DNA of 64,000 nt, taken from the NCBI RefSeq assembly GCF_006345805.1, contig NC_043026.1, positions 11,346,001 to 11,410,000 on the forward strand, read 5' to 3'. Origin of the DNA: Octopus sinensis (Eukaryota). Within the stretch, counting starts at the first letter, position 1; every line of letters starts with the position of its first letter. Below the pieces are notes generated by a model. It was not told the origin of the DNA. It was given only the letters and a program-made list of their open reading frames with translations, and ran no database searches. This document shows positions 50,121-63,667 of the stretch, in pieces. The translations under genes were made by a program, and so were the position numbers.

Positions 50121-50884
50121 ATATATAGTTCATGTTTTTAGAAAAAGAAAGACGGAGATAGTTCTTTGTCTTCACAAGACATTCAAAAACAGATTTTATT
50201 GTTCTGTTGTTGATATGTCTTTGTGGCCATACCTGACACTCTAAACTACGAAAACACTTTGCTGCACTTTGAATCTCTAAAGATATTTCTGAACCGAATG
50301 TCCCATCTCCTTTCCTTGCACTCCTCACTTGTATTAAGGATTCAACCCTTACAAAGACAACCTTCCACGTATACTCTTTTACTTGTTTCAGTCATTTGAC
50401 TGGGGCCATGCTGGAGCACCACCTTTAATAACGGGAGTTATTCTTTTGTAAGCCCAGTACTTATTCTATCGGTCTCTTTTAATTTATCGACCCCGAAAGG
50501 ATGAAAGGCAAAGTCGACCTCGGCGGAATTTGAACTCACAACGTAACGGCAGACGAAATACCGCTAGGCATTTCGCCCGACGTGCTAACGATTCTGCCAT
50601 TCGCACGTCACACTCCGTTTTCTCTACAAAATACGGAAAAAAGCCGACGTTTGTTAAGAATACAATGCAAGGGAAGTAACTCTCTCTATATCTGTATCAG
50701 TTGATCGTAAACTTTCTTTCAACTTCGGTTGGTAGAGTTTCGAATATTTTATCTTTCCCTTGTCTCCGTCATTGCAGTGGAGCTATGCTGTGGTACCAAT
50801 TTCTTTATTACACACAAGGGGCGAAATACAGCCTGATTGGGGTCAGACACACAATGATTATATGACTTTTAAAATTTTACTAAA

Positions 50885-51304
50885 TATAACGTGCAACCAA
50901 ACGCATACCCTCCATCAGACACCTACCATATTCTGAGCGCCTTGTTTCCCTGGGCATGGATTCACTGAAGCTCCGGCGTCTAGCGACGGACTTGGTAAAC
51001 ACCCACAAGGTTATCAACCACCTCACCAACAACAACACTGAACACCTTTTTGATCTCCATGTGTCTAACACACGTGGACATGCCTACAAAGTCAGAAAAC
51101 AGCACAGCTCCCATGACTTTCGGAAACAATTTTTCACGCTCAGGGTTGCTGAAGCGTGGAATAAACTGCCTGCATCAGTTGTTGACTGCCATGACACTGC
51201 ATCCTTTAAGGCCCTCATGCTTCCCGAAATCCGTCGAAACTACACCTGATTATATATACACTTTAGATGAGTTGTAGTGCACCTGAGCACTGTACACAAT
51301 TATT
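50885..51304 (+). mobile_element. CR1/L2-like LINE 3' fragment
   Basis: Encodes MDSLKLRRLATDL...FFTLRVAEAWNKLP. Same family as 15.2k and 32.2k. Confidence 0.8.
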
Positions 51305-51569
51305 ATGAAATCGAATGAGATTCAACAAGGACAAAATACAAACGAGATGAAGCAGAGAGATGGGTCACACTCCGACCCCACGAGCCCCATTCTCCTACTG
51401 GAACCCTTGTATAGACTTATGACATGTTTACGAGGAATCTTTCATTCCCAGAACCCTCGCAACATGCAACCATCTTTCTTTGACAGGCATCTTCTCTCCA
51501 GCCTCGACTTCCTTTTAAGGTGGAAGATAAAAAAAATCTCACCAACCCTGTCTGTGGTCAATATAGGAG

Positions 51570-51870
51570 GTCTACTCAGTCTAGATGAGCTCTGATCTCC
51601 ATCGCACACAGAGTAGGAGCAGACGTCCGTAGGGGAATGAGATGCCGCTGTGGTAGGCCTCTCAACCCCACGGGGTCTTAATGGTCTGTCTTGCCGCCTA
51701 AATGCTGGTCGCTTCGCTCGTCACGCCGAGATAAGCCTTATCATTAAGCGAGCCCTGGCACGGATTAATATCCCCTCAGTTCTGGAGCCGTCGGGTTTAT
51801 CCAGAAGTGATGGAAAAAACCAGATGGTCTTACCTCTGTCCCTTGGTCAAAGGTATGACGTTACAGTCCC
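51570..51870 (+). pseudogene. CRE-like non-LTR retrotransposon restriction-like endonuclease fragment
   Basis: With frameshifts reads CRCG...GLSCRLNAGRFARH...IIKRAL...SVLEPSGLSRSDGK-PDGLTSVPW, matching the CCHC plus DGKRPDG-T--PW signature. Confidence 0.65.
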
Positions 51871-52311
51871 CTGAGAATTTTGCACTAGCTGAAAGTAGGC
51901 GACACCTTGAAAATTGATCAGATTAATCAAGGAAAAGAGTTGAAAAGTGGTACCTGAACGCAGATTATCCCATACTCTCTTTCCGTCTATCCTCCACTAC
52001 AACTGGAACTGACAAACCCAGCTCTCACAACTGTGATAGAGCTTCATCTATCCTTGTTGGAGAGGATAGGATCAAAGGGGAGCAAGCGTGGATGGGGGAA
52101 AGAAAACAGGGAAGATATAAAGACGAACACTTGCGCAGGCCTAGACCCCCGAACCGTTTGGGCAAGGCAGCTTGGTCGCGGTTTGACATTGAACAAGCAT
52201 TCGAGTTTCCTGAAGATTAGGTCGTCAAAGCATTGGTGGGACGACAGGAATCTGTTAGAAGGACTAACTCTCAGAAAATACAATAGCTTAGAAATTGACA
52301 AGTAATCTGAT

Positions 52312-52900
52312 TTTTTTATTACCCACTAGGGGCTACATAGAGAGGACGTTACAAACATTGGGGACATAGAACATCACAATTACATAGATATGGGCAAAAT
52401 GAAATATGAAAGTAGTGTCAACGGCCCCATCCGCTAGCATCACTTACCTGTCCTTTAATCCCACACAAATGTTCCTTGTTCCGTTCCTATACAAAATCCA
52501 TCCTTCTCTCAAACGTCTCTTCCAAATCCCTCATGATTTTTTTCGACCATTCTCACTTCACTTACTTCCCAATCCCCCCTTTCACACCTTACCATAAACT
52601 CGTCCATTCGTCCTTTTCCAATTATTGCATACCTGATCTTTCCTCTGTCACACCATTGATACTCTTCCATTGTCTCTTTTATCTTTTCTTTTCCCGTCAT
52701 ACATACAATGTTGGGCCTGGGTTCATTTTTTGTCTTTTCTTTTCTGTTTTCTTGTTGGAGGGGAGCGGATGGGTTCACTGTCTGCAGGGATAGGGTGGGA
52801 CTCAGAGGGTGTGGGTGGTGTTCTATATTATTTTCCCTTCCTCTGGCTCTTTGTATTCGAAGTCCAAATTTCGCTGATTTCTTTACCAAATATGTTTTCA
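52312..52900 (-). mobile_element. Decayed retroelement with Tx1-type 3' terminus
   Basis: Minus-strand end GTCCTCTCTATGTAGCCCCTAGTGGGTAATAAAAAAA. Confidence 0.45.
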
Positions 52901-53282
52901 GCTGAATAATCGTGCGCACAGATACGTACACCCATAGCTTTCATATCTAGGGGCTAGTGGAAGAGTGGAACACTCATATGTTATGCATACACATTTCTTT
53001 TTATATTTTCACGAATCGTTCGCGATACTATCTCCGAAGAAAACTTCACTGAAAAAATATCCATTTTCCTGAAAGTTAAACCGAATTGAATTGGACCCCG
53101 AATTTTCTGAAACTTCCCCACCTCACTCCTCCTAAAACATTAGTCACAAAAAAATTACGGAAAAAGAGCAAAAATATCTTTGTCATTTCGAATAAACAAT
53201 TAACGAGACGAGAACACGAAACATACTACTTACGAAAATATCTAGAGGCCCTGAAATATACAAAAAAAATTTGTATATTGTA

Positions 53283-53685
53283 GGCGCAGGAGTGGCTGTG
53301 TGGTAAGTAGCTTGCTAACCAACCACATGGTTCCGGGTTCAGTCCCACTGCGTGGCATCTTGGGAAAGTGTCTTCTGCTATAGCCCCGGGCCGACCAATG
53401 CCTTGTGAGTGGATTTGGTAGACGGAAACTGAAAGAAGCCCGTCGTATATATGTATATATATATGTATGTGTGTGTATGTGTTTGTGTGTCTGTGTTTGT
53501 CTCCATAGCATTGCTTGACAACCGATGCTGGTGTGTTTACGTCCCCGTCACTTAGCGGTTCGGCAAAAGAGACCGATAGAATAAGTACTGGGCTTACAAA
53601 AGAATAAGTCCTGGGGGTCGATTTGCTCGACTAAAGGCGGTGCTCCAGCATGGCCGCAGTCAAATGACTGAAACAAGTAAGAGTA
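53283..53685 (+). mobile_element. SINE family A
   Basis: Consensus match. Confidence 0.9.
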
Positions 53686-54301
53686 ATATTCGGAATCTAC
53701 ACATTCGTAGAAAATTATTAAACAATATTCATTTCTCTGAAAGTTAAGTCGGTAAGGGGGCAGTTATGCCGGATGTTTCTTAAAACAGCTCCCTCTTATA
53801 TCTTGGAAATATGAGGTACAAAAAGATTCTAATTTTGATATAGCGGTTTCATATTTTAGGAATCTGTTGCCGAATACGAAAAGAAATGTCCGTTGTGCAT
53901 ATTCTACATCTCAAAGATTTGGGTATTATTTCTAGGAATGGAGGGACCACATCCATTCCTTTCGGAACGTTGGCGTGTATGTGTGCAGGGTGGAGAGCCG
54001 ATGTCGTTTTATTCAAAGCTTGCAATTTTAGAACACTTTGTTCTATACAAAATCATAATCCTCGCATTTACTTACGCGGAATGAAAAAAAAAAAAAGGGG
54101 TGGGGGTGATTACAAGGGTAGGACGTGGAATACAAAGATGGAAGGGTGGTTGACCTCAAAGGCTTCGGATCATGCTCGTAACCCCTAAATTTATAGCCTT
54201 TCCATATTTAGCTGCTATTAACTCGCCCACATTTCCCCCAGTTATTTTGTCAATCACAAATCCATAGAAAATCGATAGTTTACAATCACGAAAATATAGG
54301 T

Positions 54302-54317
54302 GGCCCTTAAAAGGACC
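54302..54317 (-). terminator. Histone 3' stem-loop (H2B)
   Basis: GGTCCT-TTTA-AGGGCC followed by ACCT. Confidence 0.9.
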
Positions 54318-54340
54318 GTTTTTTTTCAAGAGACCAAGAT

Positions 54341-54718
54341 TTACTTGCTGCTGGTGTATTTGGTGACAGCCTTGGTACCTTCAGAGACGGCGTGCTTAGC
54401 CAACTCCCCAGGGAGAAGCAGACGGACAGCAGTCTGCACCTCACGGCTACTGATGGTTGAACGTTTGTTGTAGTGGGCCAAGCGGCTGGATTCAGAAGCT
54501 ATTCTTTCGAACAAATCGTTGACGAAACTGTTCATGATGGACATAGCTTTGCTGGAAATACCAGTGTCGGGGTGGACTTGTTTCATTACTTTGTAGATGT
54601 AGATGGAATAACTTTCCTTCCTCTTCTTCTTGCGCTTCTTGTCTCCTGCGGGACGTGAAGTTTTAGCCTTGGAAGCCTTCTTGGCTCCTTTCGAAGCGGT
54701 AGCTGGTGCTGGTGGCAT
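54341..54718 (-). CDS. H2B: Histone H2B, 125 aa
   Basis: [26 protein letters not shown]...AVTKYTSSK. Confidence 0.99.
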   Translation of the reverse strand: MPPAPATASKGAKKASKAKTSRPAGDKKRKKKRKESYSIYIYKVMKQVHPDTGISSKAMSIMNSFVNDLFERIASESSRLAHYNKRSTISSREVQTAVRLLLPGELAKHAVSEGTKAVTKYTSSK

Positions 54719-54962
54719 GATGTCACTAGTGCTGGTAACTTCGCAGCTACCCTATTTATAGCTGTCAAGTAGGCTCAGCAGATGAACAGTTTTTGCAAAT
54801 CGGCGCCGTTCATTTTCATTGGTTGAACTTGACAACTATGTCACGTGACAAAAGCCCGCTTATTTTTCACCTGCTTCTCGACTGCTGGAGCCGATTAAGC
54901 AGTATTTAAAGGCGAAAAGCTCTATATAATTTTTAGTTACACACTAGTATCGAACTTTGAAA
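54719..54962. promoter_or_regulatory. Divergent H2B/H2A promoter
   Basis: TATAAATA (-) near 54750, ATTGG (CCAAT box) near 54818, GTCACGTGAC near 54840, TATTTAAA near 54903. Confidence 0.75.
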
Positions 54963-55340
54963 ATGTCTGGACGTGGTAAAGGAGGAAAAGTGAAGGGAAA
55001 GAGCAAGACCCGTTCATCCCGTGCTGGACTTCAGTTCCCTGTCGGTCGTATCCACCGTCTTCTCCGTAAGGGAAACTATGCCCAACGTGTTGGTGCCGGA
55101 GCTCCAGTCTACTTGGCTGCAGTGATGGAATATTTGGCTGCCGAAGTGTTGGAATTGGCAGGAAATGCTGCCAGAGACAACAAGAAATCGAGAATTATTC
55201 CCCGTCATTTGCAGTTGGCCATCCGTAACGACGAGGAGTTGAACAAACTTTTGTCTGGAGTGACCATCGCCCAAGGTGGTGTTCTTCCCAACATCCAGGC
55301 TGTTCTTCTCCCCAAGAAGACCCAGAAGGCTTCCAAGTAA
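54963..55340 (+). CDS. H2A: Histone H2A, 125 aa
   Basis: MSGRGKGGK...[12 protein letters not shown]...LLPKKT. ATG at 54963. Confidence 0.99.
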   Translation: MSGRGKGGKVKGKSKTRSSRAGLQFPVGRIHRLLRKGNYAQRVGAGAPVYLAAVMEYLAAEVLELAGNAARDNKKSRIIPRHLQLAIRNDEELNKLLSGVTIAQGGVLPNIQAVLLPKKTQKASK

Positions 55341-55373
55341 GCGCTTTCTGTGGAGTCTACCTTCAGCATCAAC

Positions 55374-55389
55374 GGCCCTTTTCAGGGCC
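55374..55389 (+). terminator. Histone 3' stem-loop (H2A)
   Basis: GGCCCT-TTTC-AGGGCC. Confidence 0.9.
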
Positions 55390-57089
55390 CGCTACATCAT
55401 AATTTTAGTCTACTTACCGTTTATTTTGCGATCCGATTCTTCATATGACATCACAAACCGTCCGTGCTTCGTAACCTTATCTGTTTACTATTCTTTTCTT
55501 GATTGAACCCCTCTAGCTATTTGATGCTTAAAAGCTTGCTTTACAGGTACACTTTGTTAGCCGTAGTTTGTAAATAAATGCATCTAAGAAAAATTCTGAT
55601 CCAGGCACACCGTATGGGCCCCTCGACTTTATTTCACAACGCTGGATTCATGCGATTTAGCTAAGAATTTTGGAGTGCATTTAACCATGGGAGAAGGATT
55701 TTTCAGTTAAAAGAAATTCAAGTATATTCAGGCTGTTGTTTCTAGCACATCCCACGTCTACCTTGATGTTTTTCAATAGTTTTCGCTGCGAATGCGCACA
55801 TGCTACTAAAATTTTCCCTCCCATTGTTTTTAATAAAATATTAGAAAAAAGGTACCTTATTTTTGTTGCTACTAAAATCTTCCCTCCCGTAAGGGTTTAT
55901 TAACTGTAACCTTTTTAGCAAGGAGGAAATATTATTATAAAAACCGCCTCCCTCCCAACTTCCATTCTCCGGATCGGTTTTGTGGGCACTACGCACTTTT
56001 TAAAAACTACAGAAATATTTTCGGCTGTTCTTTCTAGCATAATAGCATACACCATGACCAGCTTCCACGTTTCAGGTCATGGGACATGCCAGAAGGCCTT
56101 TAAATCACTCTTTTTCAGTGCCTACAAAATCGGTCCGGAGAGGGTAAGGTTTAAAAACACTTTTAAAAAGATGCTCCAGATTACTTGCAAGGGGTACTGT
56201 GAAAAAAAGTCTGAAAAACCCGTCAAAACGGGGAATCTCCCACTTATGTGAGCTACTATCTCTGACGTCCGCCAATTTTTTATCCCCTCTCCATAAATCC
56301 TAGAATTTCCACTCCTGGAAAATTTGGACTGTCCGAACCCGCAATTTGTTTTATAGTTTCTAACTAATTTCCAGATGAAAGATTGTAACTTTAGCTATTT
56401 CTAAGACATCCCACAGCCACCTTCCTCGCCTTTTGTTACTAACAGCAATGCTTTTCTCCAAACACATTTGATGCAAGTTTTAAAGTAGTCCATAAAATCA
56501 TTTCTAAAAGCAAAGTTGCAGATTCGGACTGCCCATTATTTTTAAACGAGAATTAAATTCGAAAGAGTATGGATTCCTGTGTACAACACCGCAAAAATTA
56601 GTCAATTTTCAGACTAACACCCGCACGATTCCCGAAAAATTTGCATATCAAAATTTCAACGACCTGCCCCCTCATTTTTCAATTTTCCGGGAATCATTTC
56701 ATTTTGGCGAAATATGTAGAAAAATATGAAGATTAATTCTGATAAAAATTGGGTTTGTAAAATCTCAATTTTCCAAAAAAAAAACTATATATATATATAT
56801 ACCCCTAGGCCTTCAAGCAGAGTATCAGTCAAATCCAAAAAACTGCGATAACATAATGTAACCAATCTAGTCAACTTTCTGCAAAGATGTCTCTCAGTAA
56901 TGACAAAGTAACCGAAGTAATTTAGGTGAAATTAAAGTGGAAACTTTCCTTAACTTTTATAAAAACTGTTTTCGAATCTTTTTCCAATCTAGTGGGAAAA
57001 TACGGAGATTAAAAATATGGAAAAACTCAAACTTATTTTGCAGCATGTCCGATATTGCGACCTAAATTAAGGTACGCCTTACGTAATGA

Positions 57090-57254
57090 TATTTCTGTAT
57101 TGCCCATAAGGGTTTACATAGATGGGGACAATACAATGATTTGGGGTCATGTGCACGAAATGGAACTATTTTACAGGGAAATCGAATGGATCATTCACAA
57201 TGAAATTGAACAAGAACAAACAAAAAGGGTTCACACAGATGGGGACAATACAAT
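57090..57254 (-). mobile_element. Short retro-insert (Tx1-type tail) with 14-bp TSD
   Basis: GCCTTACGTAATGA at 57076-57089 and 57255-57268. Confidence 0.75.
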
Positions 57255-57368
57255 GCCTTACGTAATGAGCCGAGAGGCTCACTGAAAGGGAGAAAAAGGA
57301 AGCTGAAATTCAAATATTTTGGATGAAGCATATCGAAAAGGTGAGGTGGCTTACATTAAGATATGAGT

Positions 57369-57384
57369 GGCCCTGAAAAGGGCC
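57369..57384 (-). terminator. Histone 3' stem-loop (H4)
   Basis: GGCCCT-TTTC-AGGGCC followed by ACTCA. Confidence 0.9.
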
Positions 57385-57432
57385 GGGTTTTGTCGCTACC
57401 CACGACCTCGAAGTTACAAAAACTTCACCAGC

Positions 57433-57747
<315 letters not shown>

Positions 57748-57972
57748 TCAGATGTATATTTACTTAAAAGCAAAAGTGCATTAACGGATAGCTTCTGTAG
57801 CAAGTATTTATACACAGCACGCAGACGTAGCAGAGAACACTACAAATTAGAGATCACGTGTCTAAATCAGCGAATCATAGCAATGCGTTTGGCAGCTGCT
57901 GTTTGGCGCTTTCTCTTTGTGTTCTGAGAGAAGGTGTTGGCGCTTAATTTGGTTTGTAGATAAAAAGTTTAG

Positions 57973-58452
<480 letters not shown>

Positions 58453-58486
58453 GTTGAAAATAACGAAGCTACTGCTTTAGCCCAAC

Positions 58487-58502
58487 GGCCCTTTTCAGGG
58501 CC
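58487..58502 (+). terminator. Histone 3' stem-loop (H3)
   Basis: GGCCCT-TTTC-AGGGCC. Confidence 0.9.
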
Positions 58503-58793
58503 TCTAAATTTTTTCGTAAAGTTTTGCTAACCCTTAAGATAGTGGTGTGTTCTCGTGTCGTGAATTGTTTATTCGAAATGACGTCGATATATTGTTCTTT
58601 TCCGTAATTTTTTTGTGACTAATGTTCATTCCTCGTGAATTTATTCCTGTTGGAACTGACGAATTAAGCTTTTGGGTTCGTCCAATTGCATTTTTAAATG
58701 GGGCTCGGAAATTTCACAAACTTAGATCTACATGAAAAGGTTTGTGTTCCCGATTCGCTCTTGTTTTTTGTGCATGTATCTAAACGGAACTTG

Positions 58794-58977
58794 GGATCGG
58801 CTATCCTGTTCTTTTCACTTCATATGTCCCTTTTTGTTTGTTCTTGTAACTCATTCAATTTCATTTTCGTTGTAAATAATCCATTCGATTTCACTGTAAA
58901 TAGTTCCATTTCATCCACATGACCCCAAATCATTGTATTGTCCCCGTCTATGTAAACCCTTATGGGTAATAAAGAAA
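58794..58977 (+). mobile_element. Short retro-insert (same family as 57090-57254) with 17-bp TSD
   Basis: TATCTAAACGGAACTTG at 58777-58793 and TATCTATACGGAACTTG at 58978-58994. Confidence 0.7.
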
Positions 58978-59843
58978 TATCTATACGGAACTTGCAGCAC
59001 AAATAAACCATAACCGTCATTAGTTCAAGTTTTGTGATATTTGAATTTAGTTGCGAGTGAATCGGAACGAATTGTCAGATTCCATTTCTTTTTAGTTTAA
59101 AGGAGACAAAGGCTGAATGGCGCGCACGTTTCATAAAATAAAGTTTTGATGTGTGCGGTTCTGCATCCGATCTGAAGGGTTTCTATTTGTAGAACACTTA
59201 TTCAAAAATTCAATTTTATGGAGGACTGCTCACTCAATTTGGAATATGATAGTCCTTAATCCTTAGTCATTCGTGATGAGAGAGCTTCAATGAAAATAAC
59301 GAAGCCACTAGCCCTTTTCAGGGCCTCGAAATTTATTTCCGAAGTTACTTCGTGTACACCGGACTTTTTTTTAAGAACCATTTTTTCGGATTCCTGCGTT
59401 TATGTGAAAACAAATCAACTTTTCAAATTTCACCCCTTCTCCCAGTTTGAAATTTTAATTTTGTTTACCTTAAAGGGATCGTAGCGAATTAAACATGCAA
59501 ATCGAAATTAAATAAACAATAATGTGAACAGAATTTGTTTCACGATTTCAAAATTTTAAATTCAATAAGCATATAGATATGAAGGTTTTGACTGCTATTT
59601 CTAGCATGGTTAGTATCCCTTAGATACGTTTAATTATAATTTTATATATATAGATATAGATATGGATAAACGGATGGGGATACCTTAAAGAGGTAGCGAA
59701 TTGACAAACATGCCGGTCAAAGCGAAAAGATCCGAAGTGAAATATAAGCAATAAAGTGTGTGCGTGGGTACTATTTAAGAAGAGTGGTTACCTAGCAAAG
59801 TAAATAAAACACAAAATACATTTTTTTTAAAACAAAGTAAATA

Positions 59844-60230
59844 GGCGCAGGAGTGGCTGTGTGGTAAGTAGCTTGCTAACCAACCACATGGTTCCGGGTT
59901 CAGTCCCACTGCGTGGCATCTTGGGCAAGTGTCTTCTGCTATAGCCTCGGGCCAACCAATGCCTTGTGAGTGGATTTGGTAGAAGGAAACTGAAAGAAGC
60001 CTGTCATATATATGTATATATATATATATATATATGTGTGTTTGTCCCCCTAGCATTGCTTGACAACCGATGCTGGTGTGTTTACGTCCCCGTCACTTAG
60101 CGGTTCGGCAAAATAGACCGATAGAATAAGTACTGGGCTTACAAAGAATAAGACCCGGGGTCGATTTGCTCGACTAAAGGCGGTGCTCCAGCATGGCCGC
60201 AGTCAAATGACTGAAACAAGTAAAAGAGTA
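59844..60230 (+). mobile_element. SINE family A
   Basis: Consensus match. Confidence 0.9.
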
Positions 60231-60533
60231 AATAAAGCAAAAACACAAAGTAAGGATCGAGTGCGAGTGCGCGCACCGGGACCACTCTTCTTAAATAGCA
60301 CGTTGTCAGTGTGGACAAGAACAAGCACACACACACACAGCCTTTCTCCTCCCATTAAAAGATGTTTTTTTGTTGGAAGAAAAAATGCCGCAATAATTAT
60401 GCACCAACCAATATACACATATCTATATGCTTATTGAATTTGAAATCTTGAAAACTTTGATTTCTTGTATATTCCGTATTTCCGTCATCGAAAACAGAAA
60501 TCTGCGGAACAAGAAATAAAAATCGGAAAGGTC

Positions 60534-60920
60534 TGTTTTTGTGAGGGGGCGGAAGGGATTCTGCACCAGGTCCATTTCATGAACCCAAATCATTGTATTG
60601 TCCCCATCTATGTAAAACCCTTATGGGGTAATAAAGAAATAATTCTGCACCAGGTCCGCTGGAGAGACGGGGTGAAGTTTGAAAAATTTAAAATTTGGGG
60701 AATTATAAATTTGGACGTTTTTGTGAGGGGGCGGAAGGGATTCTGCACCAGGTCCATTTCATGAACCCAAATCATTGTATTGTCCCCATCTATGTAAAAA
60801 AACCCTTATGGGTAAATAAAGAAATAATTCTACACCAGGTCCGCTGGAGAGACGGGGTGAAGTTTTTAAAAAAATTTAAAATTTGGGGGATGTTGGGGTG
60901 GGGATTATAAATTTGGACAA
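60534..60920 (+). repeat. ~183-bp tandem duplication, each unit holding a ~68-bp retro-insert with 16-bp TSD
   Basis: ATTCT(G/A)CACCAGGTCC flanks ATTTCATGAACCCAAATCATTGTATTGTCCCC...AATAAAGAAATA in both units. Confidence 0.8.
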
Positions 60921-61781
60921 GGTGGTTTCAAAAAAATTTCCAAAAGAATTTCAAAATTTTAAATTGGGGAGGGGAGGTGGAATGAAATGTGAAAAGGGTT
61001 TTTTTTTTTTCGTTTTTGGTCACTATAAAGATCTTCACCCGGGAACGATAAAAGGAATTAACCAGACTGGAACGGGTGTGTTTAATAAGTGTGTGGGGAA
61101 AAAAATAGGAAAAAAACGATGTGCACTGACGACCCTGGGGGTAGGGAGGGGATTTTCGGAAAATTCACAAGATCCGATTTTTCCGTCATAAATTCGGGTA
61201 AAATGGATATATATTGATTTTTTTTTCTAGCAGAATCCCACGTTTTTGGTTATGGAAGATCTGATTCTGAAAAAAAAAATCTTTTCAAAATTCCTTTGTT
61301 ATCGCAGATTTGTGAGATTTGGCTGTTATTTCTAGCACGTGGGTGGATAGCCGGCTTGAAGGCCTGAGTTGACAGAATCGTAATCTTACGGCATTCGTTA
61401 TTTTGTATCGGATATCTTCGCGACCTCCGTGACAGTTACTAAAATGGAAGGAGAAAGGTAAAGGGTTGCGCGTGCGTGCTTGCTTGCTCTTGTCTGTGTG
61501 TGCGCCCTTTTTCCCGTCAGGGACAAGCACACGCACACACAACCCATTCGCTTTCTCTTCCCATTTTAGTAGCAGTCACGGGGCTAAGATATCTGAAGTG
61601 AATTGTCGTGTTGTCACGGAAGCAAGCGAAGTTTTATTGTCAAATCGAGTTAAACCGAAGGAATGCAATATGTTATATTTATTCAAAAAGCCCCTATTAT
61701 AAACCACTCCCTACAAAATTACTATAAAGCATATTACAGTAAAAATCCCATTCGGAATAATCAAGCAGAATTCGTATCTAC

Positions 61782-62154
61782 ACTCTTTTACTTGTTTCAG
61801 TCATTTCACTGCGGCCATGCTGGAGCACCGCCTTTAGTCGGGCAAATCGACCACGGGACTTATTCTTTGTAAGCCCAGTACTTATTCTATCGGTCTCTTT
61901 TGCCGAACCGCTAAGTGACGGGGACGTAAACACCAGCATCGGTTGTCAAGCAATGCTAGGGGGACAAACAGACACACAAACATATATATACATATATACG
62001 ACGGGCTTCTTTCAGTTTCCGTCTACCAAATCCACTCACAAGGCATTGGTCGGCCCGGGGCTATAGCAGAAGACACTTGCCCAAGATGCCACGCAGTGGG
62101 ACTGAACCCAGAGCCATGTGGTTGGTAAGCAAGCTACTTACCACACAGCCACTC
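61782..62154 (-). mobile_element. SINE family A
   Basis: Consensus match. Confidence 0.9.
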
Positions 62155-62576
62155 TAATTTTCGCCACTACTATATGTATAAGGCCTGTGCGGGGGTCGGA
62201 TGTGAGATGCTATGTACAAATTACACTATCACTTTCACGGCTGGGACACTTTCCCCTCACTCACGTCAATTCTATTTGCTGCAATAAAATCCAAATTGCC
62301 TACCTCGTATTTCAGTTCGTTATGTGTGGATATGACTAGGGCTCGTTTAAGGTTAACATGCAATTCCGAAGAGAAAACAGGATCGAAAGAATTGGATGCA
62401 TCACCGAACCCAGATCAGATGTCCCCATTGCTTGCCCAGAACAACCCCTTATCCTACCTCGGCGATCAAAAGATCGTGCTTCGAACGACACCACGTAGCG
62501 ACACGTATATCGTGAATAACAAATAAAATCGCAGATCTATAGAAAATCGATAGTTTACAATCACGAAAATGTAGGT

Positions 62577-62592
62577 GGCCCTTAAAAGGACC
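62577..62592 (-). terminator. Histone 3' stem-loop (H2B copy 2)
   Basis: GGTCCT-TTTA-AGGGCC. Confidence 0.9.
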
Positions 62593-62615
62593 GTTTTTTT
62601 TCAAGAGACCAAGAT

Positions 62616-62993
62616 TTACTTGCTGCTGGTGTATTTGGTAACAGCCTTGGTACCTTCAGAGACGGCGTGCTTAGCCAACTCCCCAGGGAGAAGCAGACGG
62701 ACAGCAGTCTGCACCTCACGGCTACTGATGGTTGAACGTTTGTTGTAGTGGGCCAAACGGCTGGATTCAGAAGCTATTCTTTCGAACAAATCGTTGACGA
62801 AACTGTTCATGATGGACATAGCTTTGCTGGAAATACCAGTGTCGGGGTGGACTTGTTTCATTACTTTGTAGATGTAGATGGAATAACTTTCCTTCCTCTT
62901 CTTCTTGCGCTTCTTGTCTCCTGCGGGACGTGAAGTTTTGGCCTTGGAAGCCTTCTTGGCTCCTTTCGAAGCGGTAGCTGGTGCTGGTGGCAT
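62616..62993 (-). CDS. H2B: Histone H2B copy 2
   Basis: Protein identical to copy 1. Confidence 0.99.
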   Translation of the reverse strand: MPPAPATASKGAKKASKAKTSRPAGDKKRKKKRKESYSIYIYKVMKQVHPDTGISSKAMSIMNSFVNDLFERIASESSRLAHYNKRSTISSREVQTAVRLLLPGELAKHAVSEGTKAVTKYTSSK

Positions 62994-63240
62994 GATGTCA
63001 CTAGCGCTACTGCTAACTCTGCAGCTACCCTATTTATAGCTGTCAAGTAGGCTCAGCAGATGAACAGTTTTTGCAAATCGGCGCCGTTCATTTTCATTGG
63101 TTGAATTTGGCAACTATGTCACGTGACAAAAGCCCGCTTATTTTTCACCTGCTTCTCGACTGCTGGAGCCGATTAAGCAGTATTTAAAGGCGAAAAGCTC
63201 TATATAATTTTTAGTTACACACTAGTATCGAACTTTGAAA

Positions 63241-63618
63241 ATGTCTGGACGTGGTAAAGGAGGAAAAGTGAAGGGAAAGAGCAAGACCCGTTCATCCCGT
63301 GCTGGACTTCAGTTCCCTGTCGGTCGTATCCACCGTCTTCTCCGTAAGGGAAACTATGCCCAACGTGTTGGTGCCGGAGCTCCAGTCTACTTGGCTGCTG
63401 TGATGGAATATTTGGCTGCCGAAGTGTTGGAATTGGCAGGAAATGCTGCCAGAGACAACAAGAAATCGAGAATTATTCCCCGTCATTTGCAGTTGGCCAT
63501 CCGTAACGACGAGGAGTTGAACAAACTTTTGTCTGGAGTGACCATCGCCCAAGGTGGTGTTCTTCCCAACATCCAGGCTGTTCTTCTCCCCAAGAAGACC
63601 CAGAAGGCTTCCAAGTAA
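63241..63618 (+). CDS. H2A: Histone H2A copy 2
   Basis: Protein identical to copy 1. ATG at 63241. Confidence 0.99.
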   Translation: MSGRGKGGKVKGKSKTRSSRAGLQFPVGRIHRLLRKGNYAQRVGAGAPVYLAAVMEYLAAEVLELAGNAARDNKKSRIIPRHLQLAIRNDEELNKLLSGVTIAQGGVLPNIQAVLLPKKTQKASK

Positions 63619-63651
63619 GCGCTTTCTGTGGAGTCTACCTTCAGCATCAAC

Positions 63652-63667
63652 GGCCCTTTTCAGGGCC
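63652..63667 (+). terminator. Histone 3' stem-loop (H2A copy 2)
   Basis: GGCCCT-TTTC-AGGGCC. Confidence 0.9.

Noticed and set aside
50224-50240. 5S rRNA start (GGCCATACC)
   Set aside because: Similarity does not extend beyond 9 nt.
49451-50328. Long YI/YM-rich ORFs
   Set aside because: Translations of an AT microsatellite.
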